Source: a virus. From it: DNA of 64,000 nucleotides. Below are positions 20,101 to 29,677 of this stretch, piece after piece. Within the stretch, counting starts at the first letter, position 1. Every line of letters begins with the position of its first letter. The stretch is taken from positions 32,001 through 96,000 of IMG/VR virus record IMGVR_UViG_3300012665_000925. One strand, given 5' to 3'. Position numbers and translations under genes: made by a program. The notes beneath the pieces are model-generated. The model was not told the DNA's origin and made no database searches. It saw only the letters and a list, made by a program, of their open reading frames with translations.

Positions 20101-20525
20101 TATCGAACTCGCTTCTCTAGCTTGTATGGAGAGTAGTGCACGCCATCAAGTTGTGGGTTCTTGCCATCAGTTGATTTGAAAATTACGTCTCCATAGCGAA
20201 GAGCAGTAATCTTTCCGCGACGACCGTTGTGCATAGCACCAGAGGCATCATCGAATGCGTCATTTAGGACTCGTACTTCATCTCCAACAGTCAGTTGACC
20301 AGGCAGAGCTGGTACCCAAATCTCGTCCTTGTTCTCCTGCGGAGTTGTTAGTGCCGTGTTTACAGCGAGCTTACTAAAAATCTCTACTGCTTCTTTAGCT
20401 AGTGCAGGGGATAAGTCAGCAGTAGACCAGGTCTCAAGTAGTTTGAGGACCATCTTGCCAGAACCAACCTTTACTTTGGCATCTTGCATTTGCTGTCTAA
20501 CCCATTCGTCATTTACGTCTGGCAT
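20100..20525 (-). CDS. hypothetical protein
   Basis: 141 aa, RBS AGGAG. C-terminal VGDEVRV...GRRGKI resembles an SH3/KOW barrel. Confidence 0.65.
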   Translation of the reverse strand: MPDVNDEWVRQQMQDAKVKVGSGKMVLKLLETWSTADLSPALAKEAVEIFSKLAVNTALTTPQENKDEIWVPALPGQLTVGDEVRVLNDAFDDASGAMHNGRRGKITALRYGDVIFKSTDGKNPQLDGVHYSPYKLEKRVR

Positions 20526-20537
20526 TTGTTTCTCCTA

Positions 20538-21551
20538 TTAGTTGTTTACTAGATTGTTTAAAGTTTCTAGGACTTCTTCTTTTGTAGAAATAGCATTCAA
20601 GTAGTCCTGCTTCTGCAACTTTGTTACTGCGTAACGCTCGTCTGGCTGCATGTGTTCAATGTAGGTGGGTAGATATGCCCACTGCTTAGAGAACTCCATA
20701 GTTTCACGCCACTCGGTCACTACTGGGGTCTGACCATTGAGAGCCATTGTAATCATGGGACTCCACCAGGTTCCTCCGTGGCGTTCCTGCGGAGCAAGTA
20801 AGAATCCGACGGACTCGGCAATTCGCTCTGAGACAGCTAGGTCATTGTCTCGTTTGCTTTCTCTGGCTAGCCCTACTACCTTTACCAACTGGCTTTCAAT
20901 ATTTGAAGACCACCTAGTAGAAAGGTCGTTTGCAGTCCAGTGATACTCTGGCTTAAAGAAATCGGTGTTTCCGTCTTCAAGATAGAGAGCATCAAAATTC
21001 AAACCAATAAGACTGTTCTCGGCACCACGAGGTAGGTATTTAGATACCGATTCGTCGGATTTCCAAGGTAGCCCTGGGTAGATTGTAATAGGCCACTGCT
21101 GGCTCTGAAGCAGCTCACAGGCCCTCACAAGGCGTTCTAGGGCCTCTGGCTTGGATGCTAGGGCATGTTCAGCTCTACGGAAATAGAAGGGTTTTACAAG
21201 GCTTTTAGGGTTCTTTAAGACCGAATTTAGACTGGCTTCTAAGAGCCAATGTTGAGGCTGGTCAATGACCAACCGAAGTTTAGGGGAGTCGAACATCAGC
21301 TCAATTACGCTCAATGCGCCATATGCTTTGTTTGCGCTCAGTGTGGTTGGCGGCACTACACCAACAAAAATTGCATCATAGATGTCTAACTGTTCTTTGG
21401 TCCAAGAGATGCTTGCAGGGACCCACGCAACATCGTGACCCTGACTAACTAAAGCATTATTTAGAATGCCGAAAAATCCAAGGTTACTCTTGTGAACTCT
21501 CTCAGACGTGTGCCCCGAGGCCATACCAGTTAAAAGAATCTTCATAGTCAT
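20538..21551 (-). CDS. putative GT-B fold glycosyltransferase-like protein
   Basis: MKILLTG N-terminus, ALVSQGHDV, YDAIFVG and ALNGQTPVVT resemble GT-B patterns. Confidence 0.45.
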   Translation of the reverse strand: MTMKILLTGMASGHTSERVHKSNLGFFGILNNALVSQGHDVAWVPASISWTKEQLDIYDAIFVGVVPPTTLSANKAYGALSVIELMFDSPKLRLVIDQPQHWLLEASLNSVLKNPKSLVKPFYFRRAEHALASKPEALERLVRACELLQSQQWPITIYPGLPWKSDESVSKYLPRGAENSLIGLNFDALYLEDGNTDFFKPEYHWTANDLSTRWSSNIESQLVKVVGLARESKRDNDLAVSERIAESVGFLLAPQERHGGTWWSPMITMALNGQTPVVTEWRETMEFSKQWAYLPTYIEHMQPDERYAVTKLQKQDYLNAISTKEEVLETLNNLVNN

Positions 21552-21610
21552 ACCTTACCAGCAGGTAAGAGGGACACCGATTGCTCGGTGCCCCCTCCGC
21601 TGTTGTTTGT

Positions 21611-22153
21611 TTAGAACGGTGAATCTGCTGCAGTGATAGGAGCAGCTGGAGCTGGAGCAGGTGCTGGAGCAGGAGCAGCAGCCACAGGGGCTGGTGCTGG
21701 AGCTGGAGCAGGTGCAGAAGCAGCTACAGGGGTAGCAGTAGCATCGGTTGGAAGAACGTAGTACATCTTGATTTCGTTCTTCTTCGAGCCCTGCCATACA
21801 CGAGAGCCAACCTGACCACGGAATGAGCGACCGATTAGAGCCTGCTCAATCTGGGCGTTAGATGGGTTCTGGTCGAAGTAGGCCTTGTTTAGACCTAGTG
21901 CTGACATCTTCTTGAAGAACATGCCAAGTGCAGCAGACGAGTCTGGAGAAACAACAAGGTTGTCCCAAACTAGACGCTTTGCGTGTGGACCAGCCTGTAC
22001 CTCAGTCTTGAGCGAGAACATGGTCTTGCCTGACTGTGATACTTTGGCGGTGGCTTCAGTGACCTTTAGGTCATAGTCGCCGTCTGGTAGTGGCTCGTAG
22101 TTTCCTACTTCGCCTGCCTCTTTGACGAGGTCGCTCCAATTTAGTGAGCTCAT
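21611..22153 (-). CDS. DUF669-like single-stranded DNA-binding protein
   Basis: YEPLPDGDY, SQSGKTM, VWDNLV, Pro/Ala tail ending SPF. Next to a Sak4-like ATPase. Confidence 0.75.
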   Translation of the reverse strand: MSSLNWSDLVKEAGEVGNYEPLPDGDYDLKVTEATAKVSQSGKTMFSLKTEVQAGPHAKRLVWDNLVVSPDSSAALGMFFKKMSALGLNKAYFDQNPSNAQIEQALIGRSFRGQVGSRVWQGSKKNEIKMYYVLPTDATATPVAASAPAPAPAPAPVAAAPAPAPAPAPAAPITAADSPF

Positions 22154-22157
22154 AGGA

Positions 22158-22925
22158 TTATCCTACTTTCTGTGTTGTGTCGTTAGTCTTCACTCCGAAG
22201 ACCATGTCGAGCATACGCTCAATTCCTAAATCGCCTTGTTCAACAATCTTCCCAAGACGACCTTGGACACGTTCACCAGCTTCGTAGTCTGGTGTACGTT
22301 CTACATACATACGGCGCACCTTGTAAGGGAGTTGCATTGGGTCAGGGTTTGGTACTGACTCAACGGTAATTGCGCCGAGGATATCGTAGAAATATGGTGC
22401 CTGAACTGCTAGCTGGCCCTGTAGGTAAGGACGGTATACGCCATCCTGTCCCTTACGAGACATAGCAGTCAAGACAATAGCCTCTAGAGGCTGGGTTGGG
22501 TGCATCGTTAGGTCACGGAGGTCACGAAGTAGTGCGCCCATGTGACGAAGTAGTTCGCCCCACTGCTGCATCTTCATCTGCTCTGTACCAGCGATGTTGT
22601 CCATGCACTTCACCTGCAACTCCGAGATGGAGTCGATGATGAGTGACTTGAACTGGTGCTTTCCGCTCTGAAGCCACTGGAATGCTTTCATAACTACATC
22701 GTAGTCACGAACCTGCACAACAACAGTGTCCCAGGTGCCATCAGCAACTGGTGGCTCCTCACGGATTGGGTCCCAGTACTTGACGTTGATTGGTAGGAAG
22801 CGGTGGCCGCCCTCCACATCAAGCATGAGGCGTGGGTATGGTGCGGTAACCGCAAAGGTGGACTTTCCAACCTTTGACTCACCGTGAACCATGATGGTTA
22901 AAGAACGTTGTACTTCGCTCATCAT
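22158..22925 (-). CDS. Sak4/RecA-like AAA_24 ATPase
   Basis: Walker A GESKVGKS, LDVEGG, IIDSISE. Confidence 0.8.
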   Translation of the reverse strand: MMSEVQRSLTIMVHGESKVGKSTFAVTAPYPRLMLDVEGGHRFLPINVKYWDPIREEPPVADGTWDTVVVQVRDYDVVMKAFQWLQSGKHQFKSLIIDSISELQVKCMDNIAGTEQMKMQQWGELLRHMGALLRDLRDLTMHPTQPLEAIVLTAMSRKGQDGVYRPYLQGQLAVQAPYFYDILGAITVESVPNPDPMQLPYKVRRMYVERTPDYEAGERVQGRLGKIVEQGDLGIERMLDMVFGVKTNDTTQKVG

Positions 22926-23869
22926 TCACTACCTTTCTTTTCTTCTGTAGTTCCATAATAGTCATAAGGGTTGCCAACCGCAAATGAATCCTCGATTGCT
23001 GCTTCTGCAGCACTTCCGTCATCCATCAAAGGACATACGGAGAAAAACTGACACTTCCACTTACAGTCACGACTTGGCTTAGGGTAGGCCACAAGCTGGT
23101 GGTCTGCTCCTGCATCAAGCTGGTCACGAACGTTAAGCATATCGCCAACCGCACCAGTTAGTCGCTTCCAGAAGTTGCGAAGTGCATAGATGTTGTGTCG
23201 TACTTCAATCTGCTGATAGAAAGGTGGCTTTGCGTTAGCAGTTCGCTTTACCTTTTTCAGCATCGTAAAGATACCACCGTCAGAGCGTTCGCCCTCCTTG
23301 TTCTGTGCAGCTTCCAAAACCATGTAGGTAAGAATCTGCTCGTTCATGTGAGCAGTCGAACCGAACTCGGTGAACGAGCCACCAACGGTCTTGAAGTCAC
23401 GGAACATACGAGCACCGTCTGACTTACGACGAACACGCATATCGAGCTTACCTTGAAGTTCTACACGACCATCAAACATCGGCATAGAGATAATCTCTTC
23501 GTTAGAGATACGCTCTAGCTCAACGTCAATGCCTTCGTCTTCAACCCACTCTAGGTAGCCAGCAAGCATGATGTGACCTAGCTCTGCTTCAGACTCTAGG
23601 TCTGAAGTGTCGCGGTATGCATCCATTAGAATCTTGCGGTCAGCAGCAACTAGTTCTGAGTGAATCTCAAGCAAGTCGAGTTCCATGTCAGACGAGTAGT
23701 AGCGGTCCATAGCTTCGTGGATACGGGAACCAAGTGCAAGTGCTCCAGTGAACTCTTGCTGCTTTGGCTTTAGTCGGCGATAGTAGCTGAACCACCAGCG
23801 TCGACGGCAGTCTTTGAATGTTTGAATCTCTGAATTGGAGATTCTGATTGGGGGGCGTAATTCTGTCAT
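22922..23869 (-). CDS. Cas4/RecB-like PD-(D/E)XK exonuclease
   Basis: SNSEIQTFKDC, GSRIHEAM, GKLD...DFKT, CKWKCQFFSVC. Confidence 0.85.
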   Translation of the reverse strand: MTELRPPIRISNSEIQTFKDCRRRWWFSYYRRLKPKQQEFTGALALGSRIHEAMDRYYSSDMELDLLEIHSELVAADRKILMDAYRDTSDLESEAELGHIMLAGYLEWVEDEGIDVELERISNEEIISMPMFDGRVELQGKLDMRVRRKSDGARMFRDFKTVGGSFTEFGSTAHMNEQILTYMVLEAAQNKEGERSDGGIFTMLKKVKRTANAKPPFYQQIEVRHNIYALRNFWKRLTGAVGDMLNVRDQLDAGADHQLVAYPKPSRDCKWKCQFFSVCPLMDDGSAAEAAIEDSFAVGNPYDYYGTTEEKKGSE

Positions 23870-23874
23870 TTGTT

Positions 23875-25701
23875 TTATTTTACCTTCTCTGCCTTGAGCA
23901 TGTCAAGTAGCTTAGCCTTATCTTTTACAACTTGCTCAAAGTTGTCAGCTTTTGTATCTAGAGCCTGAATTACACGCTCTTCGATTGTGTCCTCGGTCAC
24001 GTAGTCAGTAATGAGAATCGAGTCGTGAATCTCAGAGCCGATGCGGTGAACGCGGTCCAGTGCCTGCTTGTAGTCAACTAGCGACCACGGACGCTGGAGC
24101 ATCACTAGACGACGTGCAGCTGTAAGAGTTACACCTACACCGCCAGCTTGTGCAGTGAATAGAATCCACTTAATCTTGCCTGACTGGAAGTCATCGATTG
24201 CCTGCTGACGTTGGTCCTCATCTTGAGCACCAGTAATCAAGCCGTGGGCGATTCCTTCTTTAGTCATTCGTGCGCTCAGCAGTTCGATGAGCTGACGAGA
24301 TACGGCACAGACGGCGACAGAGTCACCATCGTAGTCGCTGTTTTTAATATCATCCATCAGAGCATCTACCTTACAGGAAGGGTCTGACAAAGTAATTTTC
24401 TCTTGGCCAAGTTCGTCAATAGTTACGTCAGCGTAAGAGCTTGCTAGCTGAAGTAGACGCAGAGTCTGAGTCAGTGGGTTAGGTGCAACGATAGCATCGC
24501 CAACCTCTGAACCATCATCACTCTTGCTTAGCATTGCAATCATGTTGTCGCGCATCTGCTTGTAGGCTTTAGCCTGCTTTGGAGACATCTCGACATCTCG
24601 GCGGTTGGTCATAACTTCTGGGAGCCATGGCAATACGCGGGACTTCAGCATACGTCTCATGCGTGGGTTGATAGTTGCATAGAACTCTTCCTCCATGTGA
24701 GGCTTTACACCTAGAACCATCATTCCACCGAATGCGTTGAACATGGTGTTCACCATGCGGTCAATCCACTTGGTCTTTGATGGCCACTCTTCTGGAGAGA
24801 GCCAGTGCAGGATTGCCCACATATCAACAACGTCATTAGCGATTGGAGTACCAGTCATTGCAAAACGAATGTCTGCATTGCCAGTTGCTGCCCAAAGTGC
24901 TCGGCTCTGCTTAGACTTAGGGTCTTTTGAGCGGTGCATCTCGTCAGCTACAACAGCCTTGAAGTCGATGGTGTTTAGTTCACGCTGGTGCACCTCACAC
25001 TTAGTGTGTGTGACTCGGGTGTCGTGCCCACCGCAGTCAACGCAGCGTGCAAGAGCAATAGCACCATATGATGCGAGCTTGGAATGAGTGCGTAGCGATT
25101 CCCAGTTGATAACGTAAACGTTTGCTGGGTGCTCAAACTGTGCACGACGCTGAACTGAAGTTCCCTTGATAACCTGAACGTCAACGCCTGGCCACCACTT
25201 TTCAAACTCACGTGCCCAGTTCTTCTTCAGAGTGTTTGGGCAAACGATTAGAGCAGGGAAGATGTTCTCTCCGCGGTCGTGCAATTCTTTTAGTCCACGA
25301 ATAGCCTGAGCAGTCTTACCTAGACCTGGCTCGTCAGCTAGAAGTGCGCGACGTGCAGTTGCTAGGAACTTTACGCCAGCACGCTGGTGTGGGAATAGGT
25401 CTTCGTTTCCGAGGTCTTCTGCCTCAGGTAGTACTTCGATATCGCGCAAAACATTGGATGGGTTTACACGAGTTAGAACTTCGTTAGAAGCCCATGCAGC
25501 GAGGTTGGGGCCAATCTCTAGCTCAGTTTTGAAGGTTGAGCGGAGTGCTAGACAGCTAGCCCAAGAAGTAGGCACACGCCAAATTTGCTCTTTAGCGGAC
25601 CAAGCAGCACCTGGAAGGCTCTTACATAGCTCTTTTAGACGCCATTCAGCGTTGATGATGATGTGTTTACTCGATTCATCGAGTTCTACATTTACAGGCA
25701 C
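23875..25701 (-). CDS. SNF2-family helicase
   Basis: LADEPGLGKT, ADEMH, TGTP, QALDRVHRIG. Confidence 0.9.
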   Translation of the reverse strand: MPVNVELDESSKHIIINAEWRLKELCKSLPGAAWSAKEQIWRVPTSWASCLALRSTFKTELEIGPNLAAWASNEVLTRVNPSNVLRDIEVLPEAEDLGNEDLFPHQRAGVKFLATARRALLADEPGLGKTAQAIRGLKELHDRGENIFPALIVCPNTLKKNWAREFEKWWPGVDVQVIKGTSVQRRAQFEHPANVYVINWESLRTHSKLASYGAIALARCVDCGGHDTRVTHTKCEVHQRELNTIDFKAVVADEMHRSKDPKSKQSRALWAATGNADIRFAMTGTPIANDVVDMWAILHWLSPEEWPSKTKWIDRMVNTMFNAFGGMMVLGVKPHMEEEFYATINPRMRRMLKSRVLPWLPEVMTNRRDVEMSPKQAKAYKQMRDNMIAMLSKSDDGSEVGDAIVAPNPLTQTLRLLQLASSYADVTIDELGQEKITLSDPSCKVDALMDDIKNSDYDGDSVAVCAVSRQLIELLSARMTKEGIAHGLITGAQDEDQRQQAIDDFQSGKIKWILFTAQAGGVGVTLTAARRLVMLQRPWSLVDYKQALDRVHRIGSEIHDSILITDYVTEDTIEERVIQALDTKADNFEQVVKDKAKLLDMLKAEKVK

Positions 25702-25774
25702 TAGGCCATCCTTTCGTCATTACATACATACTAACACAAATAAATGAGTTTTATTTCATTTTTTGTTAGTATCT

Positions 25775-26242
25775 TTATTCTAGTAGTTTAACTGGTTTCC
25801 AACCGCTTTTTACTAATCTTAGCAAGCCGTGTCGGATTGCGTCAAGTGCGTGTCCTTCGCCACCTTTGTGCCAGTAGCCAAGCTTCTTTAGCTTCTCATT
25901 AGTAAACATTGCTTTTGCATCAGCAGGAGACTGGAAATAGATATCGTCAGGAGCCATTCCCATATCCATGATGCACTGCTTGAGAATACCAATCTGCTCA
26001 AGTGAGTAAGGAGCCTGTGCGTTCTTGACGGTCTGCATGCTAATTAGGAATCGCTCACACACAATCTCGATTTGAATGCCGCGAGCAAAAGCGTCACCGA
26101 GAGCTTGACGGATTGGCTTTGCGTATTCTTCCTGCTGGTATTCCCCTGACCAAATAAGTTCTGGGTCCTGGTCCTCTGAGAAAGCAAACAAGGCAATGCC
26201 GCTGGCTTTCCCTGGGTCAACTGATAATACTAACTTAGACAT
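25775..26242 (-). CDS. RuvC-like Holliday junction resolvase
   Basis: LSVDPGKASG, CERF, HALDAIRH. Confidence 0.7.
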   Translation of the reverse strand: MSKLVLSVDPGKASGIALFAFSEDQDPELIWSGEYQQEEYAKPIRQALGDAFARGIQIEIVCERFLISMQTVKNAQAPYSLEQIGILKQCIMDMGMAPDDIYFQSPADAKAMFTNEKLKKLGYWHKGGEGHALDAIRHGLLRLVKSGWKPVKLLE

Positions 26243-28055
26243 ACTTCTGTCCCCAGTTCTCTAGTGGTCCATCAACATCAGCTGTAAGTGGCACAGCCCA
26301 ACCTTCTCGTGTAGTCATGCACTCACGGACAATCTGCTGAATCTCAGCAGCACTCTCACGCGGGGCATTCAACACAATTTCATCGTGCACTGGCACAATC
26401 AAAAACTCTGTCAAGTCAGCCTGGTCGAGTTTGATTAGGTTCGACTTGAAAACTTCGGCAGCTCCACCCTGAATCAGGTAGTTAGTCAAAGTATAGACAC
26501 GGTCTTCGTCACAAGGGAGTCTGCGACCAGTCCAAGTATTTACATAACCCTGTCCAGTTTCGCGTAGTCGGCGCATACCAACATCTTCTACTTGCTTCTG
26601 GAAAAGAGCCATGCCAGGGTATCGTTCGTCAAAAGCGTTTGATACTGCACGCATCTGGTCTTCTGGAACGCCAGCAGTCAAAGCCTGCTTAGCAACACCT
26701 GCACCGTATAGACGACCATAAACTACACCCTTGATAAGGCCACGACGCTTGTCTGACTTCACCATAGATGGGTCAGCATAAACTTCACGACCAATTTCGG
26801 TGAACGGGTCAGAGCCAGTAGCGTCTGCCATGTTGAATAGGTTGATTAGGTTCTCATCTTTAGACAAGGTTGCGAACATGCGGAACTCAACCTGGTCGAG
26901 GTCCGAAGTGATGATTACGTGGTCGTCATCCTTAGGCAAGAACGCACGGCGCACAGTGTCGTCTCCCTTTGGAAGAGTCTGCAGTGCTGGGTTCTGGATT
27001 GTCATACGACCAGTACGAGCACCCATGGTGCGGATAGATGGGTGAACAAATCCGTCAACGTTGTCGTTGATGAAGTTGGAGAAGTAGGTAGACGCGAGCT
27101 TGTCTGCCTTACGCTGCTTCAGGACTGTGTCTGCCAGTAACTGAATCTCTGGAGTACCGTCGCGAGCAAGAAGTTTTAGCTGGTCAGCAGAAGCGGACTT
27201 GTTTCCAGACGGAGTGGTCTGAGTAATCTCTGCCCCTAGTGCTTCAAACTGACGCACCAACTGAGCGTTGCTGGTGATAGATAGACCCTTGTAGTTATCC
27301 TTACCCCACTGCTTAACTTGCTCGGTATAGGTTACAAGTTCTTCGTACTTCTTCTTAGAGTAGTCGAGGTCTAGACGAGCACCGTTGAGTTCCATACGGG
27401 TAACGATTCGGCGGGTGTTCATTTCAAGTTCGTATGCACGAGCATAAGGTTGACCTGGTCCGCACTTCTCCCAGAACTGCTCAAAGAGCTTCATGGTCAG
27501 AACTGTATCAAGAGCACCATAAGCCCAGTAAGGCTGGTAGTTGATTGGGACAGTTCCCCAGGTCCAGCCATTCTTAGCTAGACCATCATCTAGAACTGAC
27601 TGAAGTGCAGCAGCTTTAGAATCTACGTATTGAGAAGTGAGTCGCTTTAGAGCACCTGAGCCTAGTGGGTCAATCAGGTGAGCCATAATCATTGTGTCGT
27701 GGGCGCGTTCCCACGGGAGCTGCCATCGGGTTTGAACATCAAACCATCGGGCTTCGAAAGCAATGTTGTGGCAAACAATCGGGCCGTCAAACTTATCCAT
27801 GCCCTCATAGAAAACACCATTCCACTCTTCCCATGGAATTGCCCAGCCAGTTTGACCATCGCCAACCTGAACTAAACGCAGGCGTCCGTGCCAGGGGGAG
27901 AGTGCATCATCACGTTTGCCGCCTGGAAGTTCTCCAGTTTCGGTGTCGATTGAGATGGCATTCATTGGGCGACGTTCGCCTAGCCAGTTGATGAATTTCT
28001 CAGCCTGAGAAACGCTATCTACCAGCTCCAGTTTGATATCGCCTAGGCCTGTCAT
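26235..28055 (-). CDS. polA: DNA polymerase I (family A) with 3'-5' exonuclease
   Basis: IDTET, HNIAFE, RTGRM...PALQ, DLDQVEFR, KGVVYGRLYG, IQGGAAE, VHDEI. Confidence 0.95.
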   Translation of the reverse strand: MTGLGDIKLELVDSVSQAEKFINWLGERRPMNAISIDTETGELPGGKRDDALSPWHGRLRLVQVGDGQTGWAIPWEEWNGVFYEGMDKFDGPIVCHNIAFEARWFDVQTRWQLPWERAHDTMIMAHLIDPLGSGALKRLTSQYVDSKAAALQSVLDDGLAKNGWTWGTVPINYQPYWAYGALDTVLTMKLFEQFWEKCGPGQPYARAYELEMNTRRIVTRMELNGARLDLDYSKKKYEELVTYTEQVKQWGKDNYKGLSITSNAQLVRQFEALGAEITQTTPSGNKSASADQLKLLARDGTPEIQLLADTVLKQRKADKLASTYFSNFINDNVDGFVHPSIRTMGARTGRMTIQNPALQTLPKGDDTVRRAFLPKDDDHVIITSDLDQVEFRMFATLSKDENLINLFNMADATGSDPFTEIGREVYADPSMVKSDKRRGLIKGVVYGRLYGAGVAKQALTAGVPEDQMRAVSNAFDERYPGMALFQKQVEDVGMRRLRETGQGYVNTWTGRRLPCDEDRVYTLTNYLIQGGAAEVFKSNLIKLDQADLTEFLIVPVHDEIVLNAPRESAAEIQQIVRECMTTREGWAVPLTADVDGPLENWGQKYV

Positions 28056-28521
28056 CTGTGTCCTTAATCGTCTCTACTAGTATGTCACATCTAACCAAAT
28101 AGTCAAGTACTACTTCTGGGTTGCGATGTGCATCTGAATCTTTTACTCTAGCCACCACTCTAGCAAGTCCCGAGTTAGAAATCAACTTGGCGCATTGCAT
28201 GCATGGAGCTCCAGTGATATAGATAGTACCACCCTCAACTGACGAACGGTCTACATATAGAAGTGCGTTTGCCTCGGAGTGAATCGATGGGCAGCCTTCG
28301 TATGCGGATGTGAGTTCAGTTTTACCTTGAGCACGTTCGCACCAGTTCAAACATTCGCCTTCAACTTTTAATCCAGCTGCTTGACCATTGTAGCCAGTAG
28401 ATGAGATTCGTTGGTTGGCGTCTACAATCACTGCACCAATCTGTGCACGAGAACAACGAGAACGTAGTGCAACGGTCTCTGCAACTCTCATCCAGGTTTG
28501 GTCCCAGGTGAGGCGTTCCAT
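28015..28521 (-). CDS. dCMP deaminase
   Basis: STGYNG, HSEANA, PCMQC. Confidence 0.9.
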   Translation of the reverse strand: MERLTWDQTWMRVAETVALRSRCSRAQIGAVIVDANQRISSTGYNGQAAGLKVEGECLNWCERAQGKTELTSAYEGCPSIHSEANALLYVDRSSVEGGTIYITGAPCMQCAKLISNSGLARVVARVKDSDAHRNPEVVLDYLVRCDILVETIKDTDDRPRRYQTGAGR

Positions 28522-28991
28522 TATGGAATAATCTCGAACTTGTAGATACTTGCTATCTTGTCGTCATTCTTAGAGGCATCTTCTAGGAGTCTCTGAGCTA
28601 CGTTTGTCAAGTAGCGTGCGCCACCTTCGTCAAACTTATAGAGAGCATCTAGAACTGCAACAGGCTCTTCCGAAACCTGAGCCCAGTGGCGATTCTTCTC
28701 TGGAAAAACAAGTTCTGCTTCTTGGGTAGGCGAGCACTCTTCACATGGAAGAGCTTCTTTTGAAAGTTCCTCGAAAGATACTTCGCTTAGGCCATACCTT
28801 TTTACTAGGCTGCAACTTGCTCCGTGATAGACAAGTGATACGCCCACTCTAGAGAGAATGTAAGAACCACTCTCGGTTCTGTACAGTTCAAACTCAATCC
28901 ATCGGGTCGAACCGCGACGCCAGGATGAAGACTTGCCTAGAAGCTTTCCATTGAACTGTAGCGTTCTGGCTCCGTCTTTAACTTCAATCAT
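28521..28991 (-). CDS. hypothetical protein (possible Zn-binding)
   Basis: 156 aa with H...C...CEEC. Coupled within the operon. Confidence 0.65.
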   Translation of the reverse strand: MIEVKDGARTLQFNGKLLGKSSSWRRGSTRWIEFELYRTESGSYILSRVGVSLVYHGASCSLVKRYGLSEVSFEELSKEALPCEECSPTQEAELVFPEKNRHWAQVSEEPVAVLDALYKFDEGGARYLTNVAQRLLEDASKNDDKIASIYKFEIIP

Positions 28992-28994
28992 CAG

Positions 28995-29177
28995 TTATTC
29001 CTTGACTGGCTTCTTACTAAGTTCTGCTACCTGAGCTTCTAGCTCCTGAACGCGACGGCGTTCTAGGTGCAGTGCAGCTTCAAGTTCTGCAGATACGCCC
29101 ATGGCTCGGTTGAGCTGCTCGCGGGTGATTGCAATGATGTTTGATAGGTATTCTGGGTTGTTGTTATTCTCTGCCAT
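28995..29177 (-). CDS. small coiled-coil hypothetical protein
   Basis: 60 aa. TAGAAT promoter element upstream. Confidence 0.55.
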   Translation of the reverse strand: MAENNNNPEYLSNIIAITREQLNRAMGVSAELEAALHLERRRVQELEAQVAELSKKPVKE

Positions 29178-29254
29178 TTTTGTCTTTCTTGTATGTTATG
29201 CGGACTATATAAAAATTCTACACCTAATAAAGATTGCTTATTATGGTAAGCAGC

Positions 29255-29677
29255 CTATTTGAGATTGATTCTTCTCTTAATTTCCGTAGTGCTAATGCCC
29301 TCTGTATATGGCACATAGATAAGTCCAATGTTTCGCTCATCTAGCCAATCCTGAGTGAAGCTCATTTGCTTGTAGTAGTCCTTGCGAGCCCAGTCCGAGC
29401 CGATAATGATGTAGTTCGGCTGAACCATTTCAATAGAGATAGTCGAGTCTGTGCCGCCCACGTTTGGCACTACCTCGTCCACCCAACGGCAGGCTAGTAG
29501 GGCTTCCTTACGCTCCTCATAGGAGAGGATTGGTGGCTTACCTTTGTACTTCTCTATAAACTCGTCGGTATTCAAAGCAACTACTACGTTGCCGATTTCG
29601 GCTGCACGCTTTAGAAGTCGATAGTGCCCCTTGTGCGGTAAGTCAAATGTTCCACCTGTGTAGACAACTGGTCTCAA
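29255..29677 (-). CDS. cytidylyltransferase (TagD-like)
   Basis: GGTFDLPHKGH, IIIGSDW, ISTTEIK. Confidence 0.85.
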   Translation of the reverse strand: MRPVVYTGGTFDLPHKGHYRLLKRAAEIGNVVVALNTDEFIEKYKGKPPILSYEERKEALLACRWVDEVVPNVGGTDSTISIEMVQPNYIIIGSDWARKDYYKQMSFTQDWLDERNIGLIYVPYTEGISTTEIKRRINLK

